Below, one piece after another: positions 18,375 to 28,765 of a DNA stretch of 37,665 nt (position 1 is the stretch's first letter; each line of letters opens with the position of its first letter). The translations under genes and the position numbers were made by a program. The stretch is from assembly GCA_046049215.1 (NCBI GenBank), contig JBJOER010000006.1:1-37665 (forward strand), written 5' to 3'. The stretch is from Bacteroidota bacterium (GTDB taxonomy: Bacteria > Bacteroidota > Bacteroidia > AKYH767-A > OLB10). Under the pieces are notes generated by a model. The model was not told the origin of the DNA. It searched no databases and saw only the letters and a list, made by a program, of their open reading frames with translations.

Positions 18375-19043
18375 TCAATCTTTTTCCCGTTTTATGGAGC
18401 GGTAGATTTCACCCGGAAACAACCTGAACCCCAATGATAAAACAGGCGAGTCGAGTTGGGCATCGATACTGGGGTTGTTGATGAGCATGAGCCGGTATCC
18501 TATCCCTGCACTAACTCCCAACCATTTCAATACCTTGTACTGCACGTTGCATCCGGGTTGCAAGGCCACCACACCTTTGCGGAAGAGCGGCTGCGGTTCG
18601 TTGTTCTTGTCGAAATATTCAAAGTAAGAGGTTCCGTATCCCAACAATACGGGGATACCAACCTGCCAAGGGTCTCTCCGGTAAGCTACGTACTCAGCAC
18701 TGAGAGGGTAGAATCGAAAGAAAAGTTGAGCCTTTGTCGAGTCTTTCCCGGCCAGTTCGCGGTCTTCGCCCTCGAGGGTTTTCCATTCGATGATATCTGA
18801 ACTTACTTTGTTGTAACCCGCGCCGAAACGCCATTTCCCTTTCCACTCCACCCCTGCGCGGAATCCCCATACGTCGGCTCCTTTTCGGCCGATGAATGAC
18901 CTGTATGTGTCCAGAGTCAGAAAAGGAGTGAATGCAGGCTCATTCGGGGATAAACCTTGACCGTGTGCGTGATTGACGGTAGACGGCAGGAGCAACCCTA
19001 TGAACAGAAGAATCCGCAGTTGAGCGATGAAACGGGTTTTCAT
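18375..19043 (-). CDS. Hypothetical exported protein, likely small outer-membrane beta-barrel
   Basis: Signal peptide (..NHAHG/Q) and alternating aromatic/Gly strands (WGFRAGVEW, WLGVSAGIGYR, LSLGFRLF). Confidence 0.65.
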   Translation of the reverse strand: MKTRFIAQLRILLFIGLLLPSTVNHAHGQGLSPNEPAFTPFLTLDTYRSFIGRKGADVWGFRAGVEWKGKWRFGAGYNKVSSDIIEWKTLEGEDRELAGKDSTKAQLFFRFYPLSAEYVAYRRDPWQVGIPVLLGYGTSYFEYFDKNNEPQPLFRKGVVALQPGCNVQYKVLKWLGVSAGIGYRLMLINNPSIDAQLDSPVLSLGFRLFPGEIYRSIKREKD

Positions 19044-19048
19044 TCAAT

Positions 19049-19858
19049 TCAAAGGGTAAGGCGTATCAGAAGGAACAACAATGCATGCAGGAACAATTGG
19101 AAATCGACAGTCCAAAAGTAAGTTATCGGTTTGCTCCTTTCATGCAATGACAGAACGCCAAGTGCCGTGATAATCGTATGTGCCGGAATAATCAGTGGTA
19201 GCCACCAAGAGTCATCAGGCATGGAAAGTGTCGTCCCCGCCAGTACTGCTGCCAGAAGTAGAATGGAGGAAGACGCCATTGCACAGTTGCGACTTCCTAT
19301 CATCAGTGCGAGTGTCATTGTATTTTGTTTTGAATCGGACTGACGGTCGCGGATATCGATGGCGATACTTAGGGCAAGGATGAAAAGCGTACGGAAAATC
19401 AACAGGTAGAGGGTTTCTGTTCGTTCAGCGGTGAAAGGGGTTGTTGCCAGGCTCCATGCCAATGCCAATACGACATTTTTCATCATCGGAATTTCCCTTA
19501 AGCCATTGATGAAAGAGAGTCCGTAATTCATAGGGCGGTAATAGGCAACCGTGAGAATTGCCGACACCGACAATTGCGGAATGGACTTTAGTAGGAAGGC
19601 AGGGTGATCAAAGGGATAGATGGCTGCTATCGCGAAAGGGGCAATCAAAAAAGCAGACTCGATCTTCTTTCCGTTTTTTTGTTGACGATTGAATATTGCA
19701 ATTCTGCTACCAAGTTGATAAATGACGAATGTGAAAAAACCGATTAAAATCGATAAAACGGCGGTTTCAGCAAGGCTGCATTCCTGATTTGAAGTCGATG
19801 AAAAATAAAGTGCAGAGGCGGTTAAGCCTAATATACCGGGGAGTATCCGGGAGAGCAT
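19049..19858 (-). CDS. Divergent UbiA-prenyltransferase-like membrane protein
   Basis: Polytopic, with LREIPMMKNVVLALAW and Asp-rich DIRDRQSD...TL. The first Asp-rich motif is not recognisable. Start is ATG 19858 or TTG 19885. Confidence 0.6.
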   Translation of the reverse strand: MLSRILPGILGLTASALYFSSTSNQECSLAETAVLSILIGFFTFVIYQLGSRIAIFNRQQKNGKKIESAFLIAPFAIAAIYPFDHPAFLLKSIPQLSVSAILTVAYYRPMNYGLSFINGLREIPMMKNVVLALAWSLATTPFTAERTETLYLLIFRTLFILALSIAIDIRDRQSDSKQNTMTLALMIGSRNCAMASSSILLLAAVLAGTTLSMPDDSWWLPLIIPAHTIITALGVLSLHERSKPITYFWTVDFQLFLHALLFLLIRLTL

Positions 19859-19908
19859 GCCTATAGAAATAGTCGACGGGTGCAATCCTTTATACCGGAA
19901 GCCTCAAT

Positions 19909-20595
19909 TCAATGTGCAAAGATAATCAGCAGGGTAGCCAAGCTTGTTCCCAAACCGATGTATCCCCATTTCAAACTGTGTTGTATTTTTATATTACGGG
20001 CAGCTTTGTCGTAACCCATTCTGAATTCGGGGTTTTTCGAAAGCGCCGGATCGTATGAATCTGGCAATCTCATTTTGCGAAGAATCCGGCTTTCCTTTTT
20101 CATCGATTGATTATCAGTCATTTCTTTGGGACGCCCGGTGGTTTGCAAAGGACTAAACCTGCCGCTTATAACGCTATATAACATTGGTACCGGTAGACCG
20201 TAAAATTGTAAAAGTCCTGACCCGGCTCCAATTACTGCAGAGGAAACGCTAGCTCCATGTGCTTTGAAATAAGCATACGCCGCCTGCTCACCCAAAATGA
20301 AACGCTTCGCTTCGTCGATACTGAAATCAAGAGAGTCCACCGGGGCATACACCACGTCTTCACTCCCGCTTGAATTGGTTACAGAAAACACATCGTATCT
20401 ATCTATGGAACGTGTTCGTCTGCCGTTGTCGCCCGGCTTCTTGTAAGTGATAAAGTCGGGACCGATCTGGTAGGTCTCGATTGGAATGGTTTTACCGTTC
20501 AAGAGCTGTATCTGCTGGATTTGTCCATGAGCCGGAGCTTGAAACACTGCGGCAAGGGAACAAGCCAAAATGAAGCGTTGTAGCGTTTTCTTCAT
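19909..20595 (-). CDS. Hypothetical exported/membrane protein
   Basis: MKKTLQRFILACSLAAVFQAPAHG signal peptide and hydrophobic C-terminus. TATCTTTA at 20635-20642 abuts the upstream ATG (20634), favouring ATG 20595. Confidence 0.7.
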   Translation of the reverse strand: MKKTLQRFILACSLAAVFQAPAHGQIQQIQLLNGKTIPIETYQIGPDFITYKKPGDNGRRTRSIDRYDVFSVTNSSGSEDVVYAPVDSLDFSIDEAKRFILGEQAAYAYFKAHGASVSSAVIGAGSGLLQFYGLPVPMLYSVISGRFSPLQTTGRPKEMTDNQSMKKESRILRKMRLPDSYDPALSKNPEFRMGYDKAARNIKIQHSLKWGYIGLGTSLATLLIIFAH

Positions 20596-20719
20596 CGTTT
20601 TAAACCCGATCGGCGTATGGCCGACAAGTTGCATTAAAGATAGCCGAAGTTCAAACCAAAACGACTGTTAAAATTCAAGCGGGCCTCCTTGTTTTCAACA
20701 TTCATTTATTATATACCCA

Positions 20720-20740
20720 ATATATTGATTATCAATTTAT
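20720..20740. promoter_or_regulatory. AT-rich palindrome in the divergent region upstream of gcvP
   Basis: ATAT-ATTGAT-T-ATCAAT-TTAT, 9 of 10 positions paired. Confidence 0.4.
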
Positions 20741-20806
20741 AATACTCATTGTCGATCAGCTGTTCAGATGCCTGTGTTTCGTAATTTCGCCAGTGAAATC
20801 CAACCC

Positions 20807-23695
20807 ATGTCTATCCTGTCTTTCACCGACCGCCACATCGGACCCGATCCGAACGAGACCAACGAAATGCTGTCCTCCATGGGAGAACAGTCTGTCCGTA
20901 CCCTAATCGAAAAAACAATTCCATCGGATATCCGGATCACTTCATCCCTGAACATTCCGGATGCAGTTTCTGAACCGGATTACCTTGCAGAGCTGCGTTC
21001 TGTAGCCTCCAAAAACAAGGTTTTTCGCACTTATATCGGCCTGGGTTACTATGATACCCATACTCCCGGTGTCATTTTACGCAACATATTCGAGAATCCG
21101 GGCTGGTACACGGCTTACACTCCCTACCAGGCCGAAATCGCACAAGGGCGACTGGAAGCCTTGCTCAATTTCCAGACCATGGTTCGTGATTTGACGGGCA
21201 TGGAGATGGCGAATGCTTCCCTGCTGGATGAATCCACAGCCGCGGCAGAGGCCATGAGCATGCTTTTCCATACCCGTTCGAAGGAGCAGGAGAAAGGAGG
21301 TTGCGTGAATTTCTTTGTGGCATCCGACGTGTTTCCTCAAACTTTGGATGTCCTTCGTACCCGCGCAACTCCTTTGGGCATCCATCTGGTAGAAGGTGAT
21401 CCTACCACGTTCAGTCATGATTCATCTTTCTTCGGCGCTCTCCTTCAATATCCCGGTTCGCAGGGTCTGGTGACCGACTACCGGGCATTCGTTCAGTCGT
21501 GTCAAAGCGCATCGATCCGTGTGGTGGTTGCCGCCGACATCTTGTCTTTGGTGCTGTTGACCCCTCCCGGAGAATGGGGAGCGGACGTCGTTGTTGGTTC
21601 TACCCAGCGTTTCGGAGTGCCGATGGGTTACGGTGGTCCCCATGCCGCTTATTTCGCCACGAAAGAAAGCTACAAGAGAGATATTCCCGGTCGTATCATC
21701 GGATTGAGCATCGACTCTGCCGGCAAGCCTGCTCTTCGTATGGCGTTGCAGACCCGCGAGCAGCATATCAAGCGCGATAAGGCGACTTCAAATATTTGTA
21801 CCGCACAGGTGCTCCTCGCGGTGATGGCCTCCATGTACACGGTGTACCATGGTCCCGATGGTCTGCGCTCCATCGCCAGAACCGTGCACTTGCGCGCGGC
21901 AACCCTTGCCGCCGGTCTGCGCAAGTTGGGCTACAATGTACTTCACGATCATTATTTCGATGCCGTGGCGTTTTCTGCAGGGGAGAAGCAGTCCTCGCTT
22001 CGGAAGATGGCTGAACAAGCTTCCATGAACTTCCGATATGAAACCGATGGAACAGTGGTGGTCAATGTCGATGAGACAACTCGTCACCAAGACGTGACTG
22101 ATATTCTTTCCGTCTGTGCCAAAGCCGCAGGCTCCGATTACAAGCAGAACGGAATCGATCCCGGACTCAAAACACCCATCACCGACGAGTTGCCACTTGC
22201 CCGTACCTCCGCTTTTCTCACTCACCCTGTTTTCAATTCATGCAGGAGCGAGACCGATATGCTGCGATACATCCACCGCCTCGAAAGCCGCGATTTGTCG
22301 TTGAATTACTCCATGATCGCCCTCGGTTCCTGCACGATGAAACTCAATGCCACTTCGGAGATGATGCCCTTGAGCTGGCCGGAGTGGAACAAACTCCATC
22401 CTTTCGCACCTGTGGAGCAAACGCAGGGCTATGCGCAGATCATCCGTGAGCTGGAAGAGTACCTCTGCGCCGTAACCGGTTTTGATGCGGTCTCCCTGCA
22501 GCCAAATTCCGGTGCGCAGGGTGAATACGCCGGACTGATGGCCATCCGAGGCTATCTTGAAGCGAAAGGGGAAGGACACCGCAACATCTGCCTTATCCCT
22601 CAAAGTGCCCATGGTACGAACCCTGCGAGCGCCGTCATGGCCGGCTGGCAGGTGGTTGTCGTAAAATGCGACGACCAAGGCAACGTCGACCTCGCCGATC
22701 TGCGTGCAAAGGCTGAGCAACACAAGAACAATCTGGCTGCTGTGATGGTGACCTACCCCAGTACGCATGGCGTATTCGAAGAGGGCATCCGTGAACTCAC
22801 ACGTATCATTCATGAATGTGGCGGTCAGGTGTACATGGACGGTGCCAATATGAATGCACAGGTTGGTCTGACGAGCCCGGGAATGATCGGTGCCGACGTG
22901 TGTCACCTCAACCTGCACAAGACTTTCGCCATCCCGCATGGCGGCGGCGGCCCCGGTATGGGTCCCATCGGAGTGGCAGCACACCTCGCTCCGTACCTTT
23001 CGAATCACCCCATAATAAATGTCAATTCAGAGCGTAAAGGCACAGCCGTAAGTGCGGCTCCATGGGGAAGTGCACTGATCCTGCTCATCAGCTACGCCTA
23101 TATCCGCATGCTGGGCAAGGACGGCGTACGCCGTTCCACCGAGATCGCCATTCTCAACGCGAATTACATGAAGGCTCGTCTGGAGTCGCATTACCCCATC
23201 TTGTATCAGGGTAAAGGCGGTACCGTTGCCCATGAGATGATTCTCGATTGCAGGGCGTTCAAGCAGACTGCAGGTATCGAAGCGATCGATATCGCCAAGC
23301 GTCTGATGGATTACGGATTCCATGCCCCCACGGTGGCTTTCCCTGTGGCAGGAACCTTGATGGTGGAGCCTACCGAAAGCGAGTCGAAACCGGAACTCGA
23401 TCGCTTCTGTGAGGCGATGATCTCCATTCGCGAAGAGATCCGTGCCATCGAGGAAGGTCGTGCTGACCGCAGCAATAACGTGCTTGTCAACTCCCCCCAT
23501 ACCGCCGAAGAACTCACCGCCGACGAGTGGAACTATCCCTACAGCCGTAAACAGGCCGCCTGGCCTGCATCCTGGTTGTCCGGCAATAAGTTCTGGCCAT
23601 CGGTGAAGCGGGTCGACAATGCTTATGGCGATCGCAACCTGGTTTGCGCGTGCCCCGATATCAGCACCTACGAGAACGCCGAGGCGGTACATTGA
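20807..23695 (+). CDS. gcvP: Glycine dehydrogenase (decarboxylating), single-chain P protein
   Basis: [45 protein letters not shown]-lysine motif HLNLHKTF. Start moved to ATG 20807, downstream of TAATTTCG (20782-20789). Confidence 0.98.
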   Translation: MSILSFTDRHIGPDPNETNEMLSSMGEQSVRTLIEKTIPSDIRITSSLNIPDAVSEPDYLAELRSVASKNKVFRTYIGLGYYDTHTPGVILRNIFENPGWYTAYTPYQAEIAQGRLEALLNFQTMVRDLTGMEMANASLLDESTAAAEAMSMLFHTRSKEQEKGGCVNFFVASDVFPQTLDVLRTRATPLGIHLVEGDPTTFSHDSSFFGALLQYPGSQGLVTDYRAFVQSCQSASIRVVVAADILSLVLLTPPGEWGADVVVGSTQRFGVPMGYGGPHAAYFATKESYKRDIPGRIIGLSIDSAGKPALRMALQTREQHIKRDKATSNICTAQVLLAVMASMYTVYHGPDGLRSIARTVHLRAATLAAGLRKLGYNVLHDHYFDAVAFSAGEKQSSLRKMAEQASMNFRYETDGTVVVNVDETTRHQDVTDILSVCAKAAGSDYKQNGIDPGLKTPITDELPLARTSAFLTHPVFNSCRSETDMLRYIHRLESRDLSLNYSMIALGSCTMKLNATSEMMPLSWPEWNKLHPFAPVEQTQGYAQIIRELEEYLCAVTGFDAVSLQPNSGAQGEYAGLMAIRGYLEAKGEGHRNICLIPQSAHGTNPASAVMAGWQVVVVKCDDQGNVDLADLRAKAEQHKNNLAAVMVTYPSTHGVFEEGIRELTRIIHECGGQVYMDGANMNAQVGLTSPGMIGADVCHLNLHKTFAIPHGGGGPGMGPIGVAAHLAPYLSNHPIINVNSERKGTAVSAAPWGSALILLISYAYIRMLGKDGVRRSTEIAILNANYMKARLESHYPILYQGKGGTVAHEMILDCRAFKQTAGIEAIDIAKRLMDYGFHAPTVAFPVAGTLMVEPTESESKPELDRFCEAMISIREEIRAIEEGRADRSNNVLVNSPHTAEELTADEWNYPYSRKQAAWPASWLSGNKFWPSVKRVDNAYGDRNLVCACPDISTYENAEAVH

Positions 23696-23730
23696 TCGTT
23701 GTTGTTTCGTATAGGCGGTATGGATAGCCG

Positions 23731-24330
23731 ATGAACTACCTTGCCCACGCTTACCTTTCCGGTACGGATGGGGATCTGCTGATCGGGAATTTCATCGCCG
23801 ATCATGTCAAGGGCACTGCCATCCATCGGTTTCCGGAGAAAGTACGTCAGGGGATCCTGCTGCATCGCATGATTGATTCTTTCACGGATTCACATCCCGT
23901 GGTGGAGGAGTGTAAAGCTGCTTTGCGTCCCCGTTTCCGGAAATATGCACCGGTCATCACCGACATCTATTTCGATCATTTTCTCGCCCGTGATTGGGAA
24001 CGGTATCACCATGAAGAGCTCCCCGTTTATGCACGAGGGTGCTATACCCATCTTCGACTGAATGAGCAGTTGCTGCCGGAAAGGACGGTGTTCATGCTGG
24101 GATATATGGAGAAGCAGGACTGGTTGACAGGGTACTCAACAACTCGGGGAATCGGTTTGGCTTTAAAGGGAATGGCCAGGCGGGCCCGTTTCGAATCGGG
24201 GATGGAATACGCACAGGAATTTTTAGAGGAGAATTATAAGCTTTTCGACTCGGGATTCGAGCGTTACTTTCCCGACCTGCAAAGGCATGTCGAGAGTCAA
24301 ATCATCAAAGCTGCTCAGCGGTTTTCATGA
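23731..24330 (+). CDS. acpH: Acyl carrier protein phosphodiesterase
   Basis: MNYLAHAYLS, GNFIADHVKG, HRMIDSFTDSHP, DIYFDHFLARDW. Confidence 0.93.
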   Translation: MNYLAHAYLSGTDGDLLIGNFIADHVKGTAIHRFPEKVRQGILLHRMIDSFTDSHPVVEECKAALRPRFRKYAPVITDIYFDHFLARDWERYHHEELPVYARGCYTHLRLNEQLLPERTVFMLGYMEKQDWLTGYSTTRGIGLALKGMARRARFESGMEYAQEFLEENYKLFDSGFERYFPDLQRHVESQIIKAAQRFS

Positions 24331-24844
24331 TCTTGATGATTTTCCTTTCACCTTGATAAACGGCTTCTACAAGGTAAACCCCTTGATTCCATCCACTGAC
24401 GTCGATGGAAATGGTATTGTACTGGCCAAGTGACGGACCCGGAAAGTAATTCTGGGCCATAGGAAAAACGCCTTGAAACTGAATCAGGCCATAGGAATTG
24501 AAAATGTTGATGCTCATGAATCCCGAACTGTTCATGTAAGCCTTGATCTTGATGATATTTTCAATCGGATTGATCAGGCTTGGATTCAGGTCTATGTCGA
24601 AACTTCCACAAATTCCACTATAGTACCCACAAATGAAATAGCCGTATTTATTGATTGCAAAGCAGTCGTTCCTCAGGGTTTGTCCGTCGCAGGTGCAAAC
24701 CGGATTGTAGTCCTGGTAGCAAGTGAAGAAAATATTCTCCTGTTTGGTGGAATCCTTGCAGGGGTAGCAGAAGTTGCCCTGAGCCTTCACTTTCCCGATG
24801 CCGGAAATAAAAAGTGCTGCAAACAGTAAAAGTGGTCGGATCAT
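24305..24844 (-). CDS. Small secreted protein: Kazal-like domain plus T9SS C-terminal sorting domain
   Basis: Signal peptide (VKA/Q), CYQDYNPVCTCDGQTLRNDC...GIC, CTD-like INIFNSYG...IDVSGWNQGVYLV...KIIKIMK. TAACTTCG upstream (24868-24875). Confidence 0.8.
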   Translation of the reverse strand: MIRPLLLFAALFISGIGKVKAQGNFCYPCKDSTKQENIFFTCYQDYNPVCTCDGQTLRNDCFAINKYGYFICGYYSGICGSFDIDLNPSLINPIENIIKIKAYMNSSGFMSINIFNSYGLIQFQGVFPMAQNYFPGPSLGQYNTISIDVSGWNQGVYLVEAVYQGERKIIKIMKTAEQL

Positions 24845-24931
24845 GAAGGATCAGTCTGCTTCGAATACGAAGTTACGAATGAACTGTAGCGATTTCTTCA
24901 TTTGAACGAAAAAGGTTTTTATGGCGGCCAT

Positions 24932-24961
24932 AACGAAGAACGGCCGCCGAAGCGACCGTTC
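24932..24961 (-). terminator. Probable terminator of sdhCAB
   Basis: Minus strand GAACGGTCGC-TTCG-GCGGCCGTTC (C-UUCG-G tetraloop, 10-bp stem) followed by TTCGTT. Confidence 0.65.
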
Positions 24962-24982
24962 CGAAAAGAGGTTTGGTCTTAA

Positions 24983-25741
24983 TCATTCCCCACTGAAAGC
25001 CGCTGAAGCGAATTCGCGGTTCAGTCGTGCGATGTTGCTTACGGAAATGCTCTTGGGACACTCCGCTTCGCAGGCTTCCGTGTTCGTACAGGATCCGAAA
25101 CCGGCCTCGTCGTGAGCCTTTAGCATGTTAGCCACGCGGCGCTTGGCTTCGGCACGGCCCTGTGGAAGCAGAGCGTACTGCGACACCTTGGCTGAAAGGA
25201 AGAGCATGGCCGAACTGTTGGTGCAGGCCGCCACACATGCACCGCATCCGATGCAGGCCGCGGCGTTGAAGGCCTCATCGGCATTCGCCTTGGGTACAGG
25301 GATGCTGTTTGCGTCGGGTGCTGCTCCGGTATTCACGGATACAAATCCTCCGGCTTGCTGGATCTTGTCAAACGCCCTGCGGTCAACCACCAGGTCACGG
25401 ATCACCGGAAATGCAGCCGAACGCCAGGGTTCGATGATGATGGTATCTCCGTTGGTGAAACTGCGCATGTGCAACTGGCAGGTGGTGACACCCTTCACCG
25501 GTCCGTGTGCACGGCCGTTGATGTACATGCTGCACATTCCGCATATGCCTTCACGGCAATCGTGGTCGAATGCAATCGGCTCCTTACCCGATTTGATCAG
25601 GTCTTCATTCACCACGTCCAGCATCTCCAGGAAGGACATGTCAGGACTGATGTTTTTGGCGGCATACGTATCAAAGCGTCCGCTTTCCTTCGCGTTTTTC
25701 TGACGCCATACCTTCAGGGTCAGGTTCATTGTTCCGCTCAT
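24983..25741 (-). CDS. sdhB: Succinate dehydrogenase/fumarate reductase iron-sulfur subunit
   Basis: [35 protein letters not shown]. Confidence 0.97.
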   Translation of the reverse strand: MSGTMNLTLKVWRQKNAKESGRFDTYAAKNISPDMSFLEMLDVVNEDLIKSGKEPIAFDHDCREGICGMCSMYINGRAHGPVKGVTTCQLHMRSFTNGDTIIIEPWRSAAFPVIRDLVVDRRAFDKIQQAGGFVSVNTGAAPDANSIPVPKANADEAFNAAACIGCGACVAACTNSSAMLFLSAKVSQYALLPQGRAEAKRRVANMLKAHDEAGFGSCTNTEACEAECPKSISVSNIARLNREFASAAFSGE

Positions 25742-25788
25742 GGCTTTTATTTCGATGTGGAAGGGAATTCCTTCCGGTGTGGTTATGC

Positions 25789-27702
25789 TTATTTGTAAGA
25801 ACGTTGGGTGAGTTTCACGTTTTCGTATTCCAATGCTTCCTTGTGCAACTCGTGGGCCTGGCCCTCGCCTTTGAATTCCCAGGCAGCGACGTAGGCGTAA
25901 TTTTCGTCATCACGCAAGGCTTCGTTCTCGGGAGTCTGGTACTCTTCGCGGAAGTGGCCTCCGCAGCTTTCGTTGCGTTGCAGGGCGTCGACCATCATAA
26001 GTTCTCCCAGTTCGATCAGGTCGGCTACGCGTCCGGCTTTCTCCAGGTTCTGATTGAGTTCGGTATCGCTTCCGGGAACCATCAGGTTGCTCCAGAAATC
26101 AGCTTTCAGTTGTTTGATTTTGTCGATGCCTTCTTTCAGACCGGCTTCGTTCCTTGCCATACCGCAGTGGTTCCACATGATGAGACCCAGTTCCCGGTGG
26201 TAGTCGTGAACGGTTTTCGATCCCTTGATGGCCAGGAGTTTTGAAATACGCTCCTTCACGGATTTTTCGGCTTCGATGAATTCCGGGGTGTCATTCGGGA
26301 TGGGTTTGCGCTCCACGCCTGCCAGATAATCACCTATCGTGTAGGGCAGTACGAAATAACCGTCGGCAAGTCCCTGCATGAGTGCGGATGCGCCCAAACG
26401 GTTTGCTCCGTGGTCGCTGAAGTTGGCCTCTCCGCAAGCATACAATCCGGGAACAGAGGTCATCAGGTTGTAATCCACCCAAAGTCCTCCCATGGTGTAG
26501 TGCACTGCCGGGTAGATCATCATCGGGGTCGTGTAGGGGTCGTCACCGGTGATCTGTTTGTACATGTCGAAAAGGTTGCCGTATTTCGATTCGACGGTCT
26601 TGGCACCCATCCGGTTGATGGCATCGCTGAAGTCGAGGTAAACGGCCAGTCCTGTTTTGCCCACACCGTAGCCTCTGTCGCACATGTCCTTGGCGGCACG
26701 CGATGCGATATCGCGGGGGACGAGGTTTCCGAATGAAGGATAGCGGCGCTCCAGGTAGTAGTCGCGCTCGTCCTCGGGAATGTCTTGCGGTTTGCGTGTA
26801 TCGCCCTTGGCCTTGGGTACCCAGATGCGTCCGTCGTTACGCAGCGACTCCGACATAAGGGTCAGCTTCGACTGGTGGTCGCCGGAAACGGGAATGCAGG
26901 TGGGGTGGATCTGTGTGAAGCAGGGGTTGCCGAAATAGGCTCCCTTCTTGTGAGCACGCCAGATGGCCGTGGTGTTGCTGCCGCGCGCGTAGGTCGTGAG
27001 GTAGAACACATTTCCGTAACCGCCAGTGGCCAGTACGACGGCATGTGCGCTGTGGCGCTCGATTTCACCGGTGACGAGGTCGCGTGCAATGATACCACGG
27101 GCCTGCCCGTCAACCACCACCAGCTCCAGCATTTCGTGGCGTGTGTTCGACTGGATCTTGCCTTCACCGATCATGCGGTTCATCGCAGAATAAGCGCCGA
27201 GAAGTAACTGCTGTCCGGTTTGTCCTTTGGCGTAGAACGTACGGGAAACCTGGGCTCCGCCGAATGAGCGATTGTCCAACAAGCCACCGTATTCCCTGGC
27301 GAACGGTACTCCCTGCGCAACGCATTGGTCGATGATGTTCACACTGACCTGGGCCAGGCGGTAAACGTTGGCTTCACGGGCACGGTAGTCGCCGCCTTTG
27401 ACGGTATCGTAGAAAAGCCGGTAGACACTGTCTCCGTCGTTACGGTAGTTCTTGGCGGCATTGATCCCTCCCTGAGCAGCAATACTGTGTGCACGGCGGG
27501 GGGAGTCCTGAAAGCAGAAGGTCTTGACGTTATAACCGAGTTCGGCGAGAGAGGCGGCCGCGGAGGCTCCTGCGAGTCCCGTTCCTACAACGATGATATC
27601 GTATTTGCGTTTGTTGGCCGGGTTGACCAGCTTGCAGTTGAACTTATGACGGTCCCACTTTTCGGCAAGGGGGCCTGCGGGTATTTTGGAGTCGAGCTTC
27701 AT
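25789..27702 (-). CDS. sdhA: Succinate dehydrogenase/fumarate reductase flavoprotein subunit
   Basis: [17 protein letters not shown] (FAD-linked His), QIHPT, HYTMGG, HGANRLG. Start at ATG 27702, overlapping the sdhC stop (ATGA). Confidence 0.97.
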   Translation of the reverse strand: MKLDSKIPAGPLAEKWDRHKFNCKLVNPANKRKYDIIVVGTGLAGASAAASLAELGYNVKTFCFQDSPRRAHSIAAQGGINAAKNYRNDGDSVYRLFYDTVKGGDYRAREANVYRLAQVSVNIIDQCVAQGVPFAREYGGLLDNRSFGGAQVSRTFYAKGQTGQQLLLGAYSAMNRMIGEGKIQSNTRHEMLELVVVDGQARGIIARDLVTGEIERHSAHAVVLATGGYGNVFYLTTYARGSNTTAIWRAHKKGAYFGNPCFTQIHPTCIPVSGDHQSKLTLMSESLRNDGRIWVPKAKGDTRKPQDIPEDERDYYLERRYPSFGNLVPRDIASRAAKDMCDRGYGVGKTGLAVYLDFSDAINRMGAKTVESKYGNLFDMYKQITGDDPYTTPMMIYPAVHYTMGGLWVDYNLMTSVPGLYACGEANFSDHGANRLGASALMQGLADGYFVLPYTIGDYLAGVERKPIPNDTPEFIEAEKSVKERISKLLAIKGSKTVHDYHRELGLIMWNHCGMARNEAGLKEGIDKIKQLKADFWSNLMVPGSDTELNQNLEKAGRVADLIELGELMMVDALQRNESCGGHFREEYQTPENEALRDDENYAYVAAWEFKGEGQAHELHKEALEYENVKLTQRSYK

Positions 27703-28493
27703 GACGTTTTTACCAGGTAGAAGTAAATGGGCATGGCGGCGAACAGTGCCGGTATGATCACACCGAACACCACGATTCCGGTGTTGCGTATGAGGGATTC
27801 GTATTTCTTTCTGCGAATGCCGAAAGTCTGGAATGCACTTTGGAAGCCGTGCAGCAGGTGGTAGCTCAAAGCAGCCATGCTGAGGATATAAAAAATGGAA
27901 AGCGCCGGTGATTTGAACGATTCTTCCACTACAGCGTAAAGATCCTTGCAAATGATGATCCTGTTGCCCATGTATTCGATTGTGCAGGCCTGCAGATTCT
28001 GGGCGGCTGCATCTGCGGCAGTCATACTCTCCTGGTTGATCAATTTTCCGGTGGTCGCCTCAACGATGTAGGTCTTCCAGCCGATCTCGCCGAACTTGTA
28101 CTGGTACCAGAAATTAGACATATGGGTCACAATGAAAATGAGCAGGATCGTACCGAGTATGCCCATATTGCGGGAAGCCCAGCTGGAGGAACGTGTGTCC
28201 TTGCGGCTTTCGTAGGCCACGGGCCGGGCTTTGCGGTTGCGGAAAACCAAATAGAAGCCGTTGATGGCATGTAAAAGGATGGTGGCGTATAAAAGGTAGG
28301 AAACGACCTTGATCGGAGTGAATGTCGTCATGAACACAGAATACTGGTTGAAGGCCATCCCGCCGTCGTCTTTGAAGAGCTGAAGGTTGCCCGATACGTG
28401 GACCACAAGGAAGAGGCAGAGGAACAGGCCGGTCAGAGCCATCAGCCATTTACGGCCGACCGAGGAATTCAGGTACTCGAAGAAGGAGTTCAT
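27699..28493 (-). CDS. sdhC: Succinate dehydrogenase cytochrome b subunit
   Basis: [25 protein letters not shown], five TM helices, conserved His residues, [12 protein letters not shown]. Confidence 0.95.
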   Translation of the reverse strand: MNSFFEYLNSSVGRKWLMALTGLFLCLFLVVHVSGNLQLFKDDGGMAFNQYSVFMTTFTPIKVVSYLLYATILLHAINGFYLVFRNRKARPVAYESRKDTRSSSWASRNMGILGTILLIFIVTHMSNFWYQYKFGEIGWKTYIVEATTGKLINQESMTAADAAAQNLQACTIEYMGNRIIICKDLYAVVEESFKSPALSIFYILSMAALSYHLLHGFQSAFQTFGIRRKKYESLIRNTGIVVFGVIIPALFAAMPIYFYLVKTS

Positions 28494-28560
28494 GGTACAG
28501 TTTGGGATAGATCGTCATTGGACAGGAACCGGATAGTTAGTCCCATCGGCTTGCAAGCGG

Positions 28561-28568
28561 CAAATTTA
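28561..28568 (-). promoter_or_regulatory. -7 box for sdhCAB
   Basis: Exact TAAATTTG followed by CCGC on the minus strand, 67 nt upstream of sdhC. Confidence 0.65.
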
Positions 28569-28765
28569 ATCGGAACAGGCATACCCGGAATGGTTCGCTT
28601 ATTTAAACAACAGGCTGTTTTTCAATTTGTTTTGTCCGGGATGGTTTCCGGGTTTGTTTTGCTTGAGATTTTTATCGGATAGATGCCGGATGGGGAATCC
28701 ACCTGATGTCCGTTTCAGTAATTTCGTAGGGGAGGGAACTCCTCCATTAACAAAGAATCACCGCT

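Noticed and set aside
20643-20806. Glycine riboswitch upstream of gcvP
   Set aside because: The region is short and AT-rich without aptamer motifs, and the leader after the -7 box is only about 17 nt.
21077-23692. Long antisense ORFs within gcvP (likewise within secA, sdhA, pepP and comM)
   Set aside because: Shadow frames expected from GC-rich codon bias of conserved genes; no recognisable motifs.
27703-27951. 83-aa N-terminal extension of SdhA
   Set aside because: Lies inside sdhC in another frame; ATG 27702 with an ATGA overlap is the natural start.
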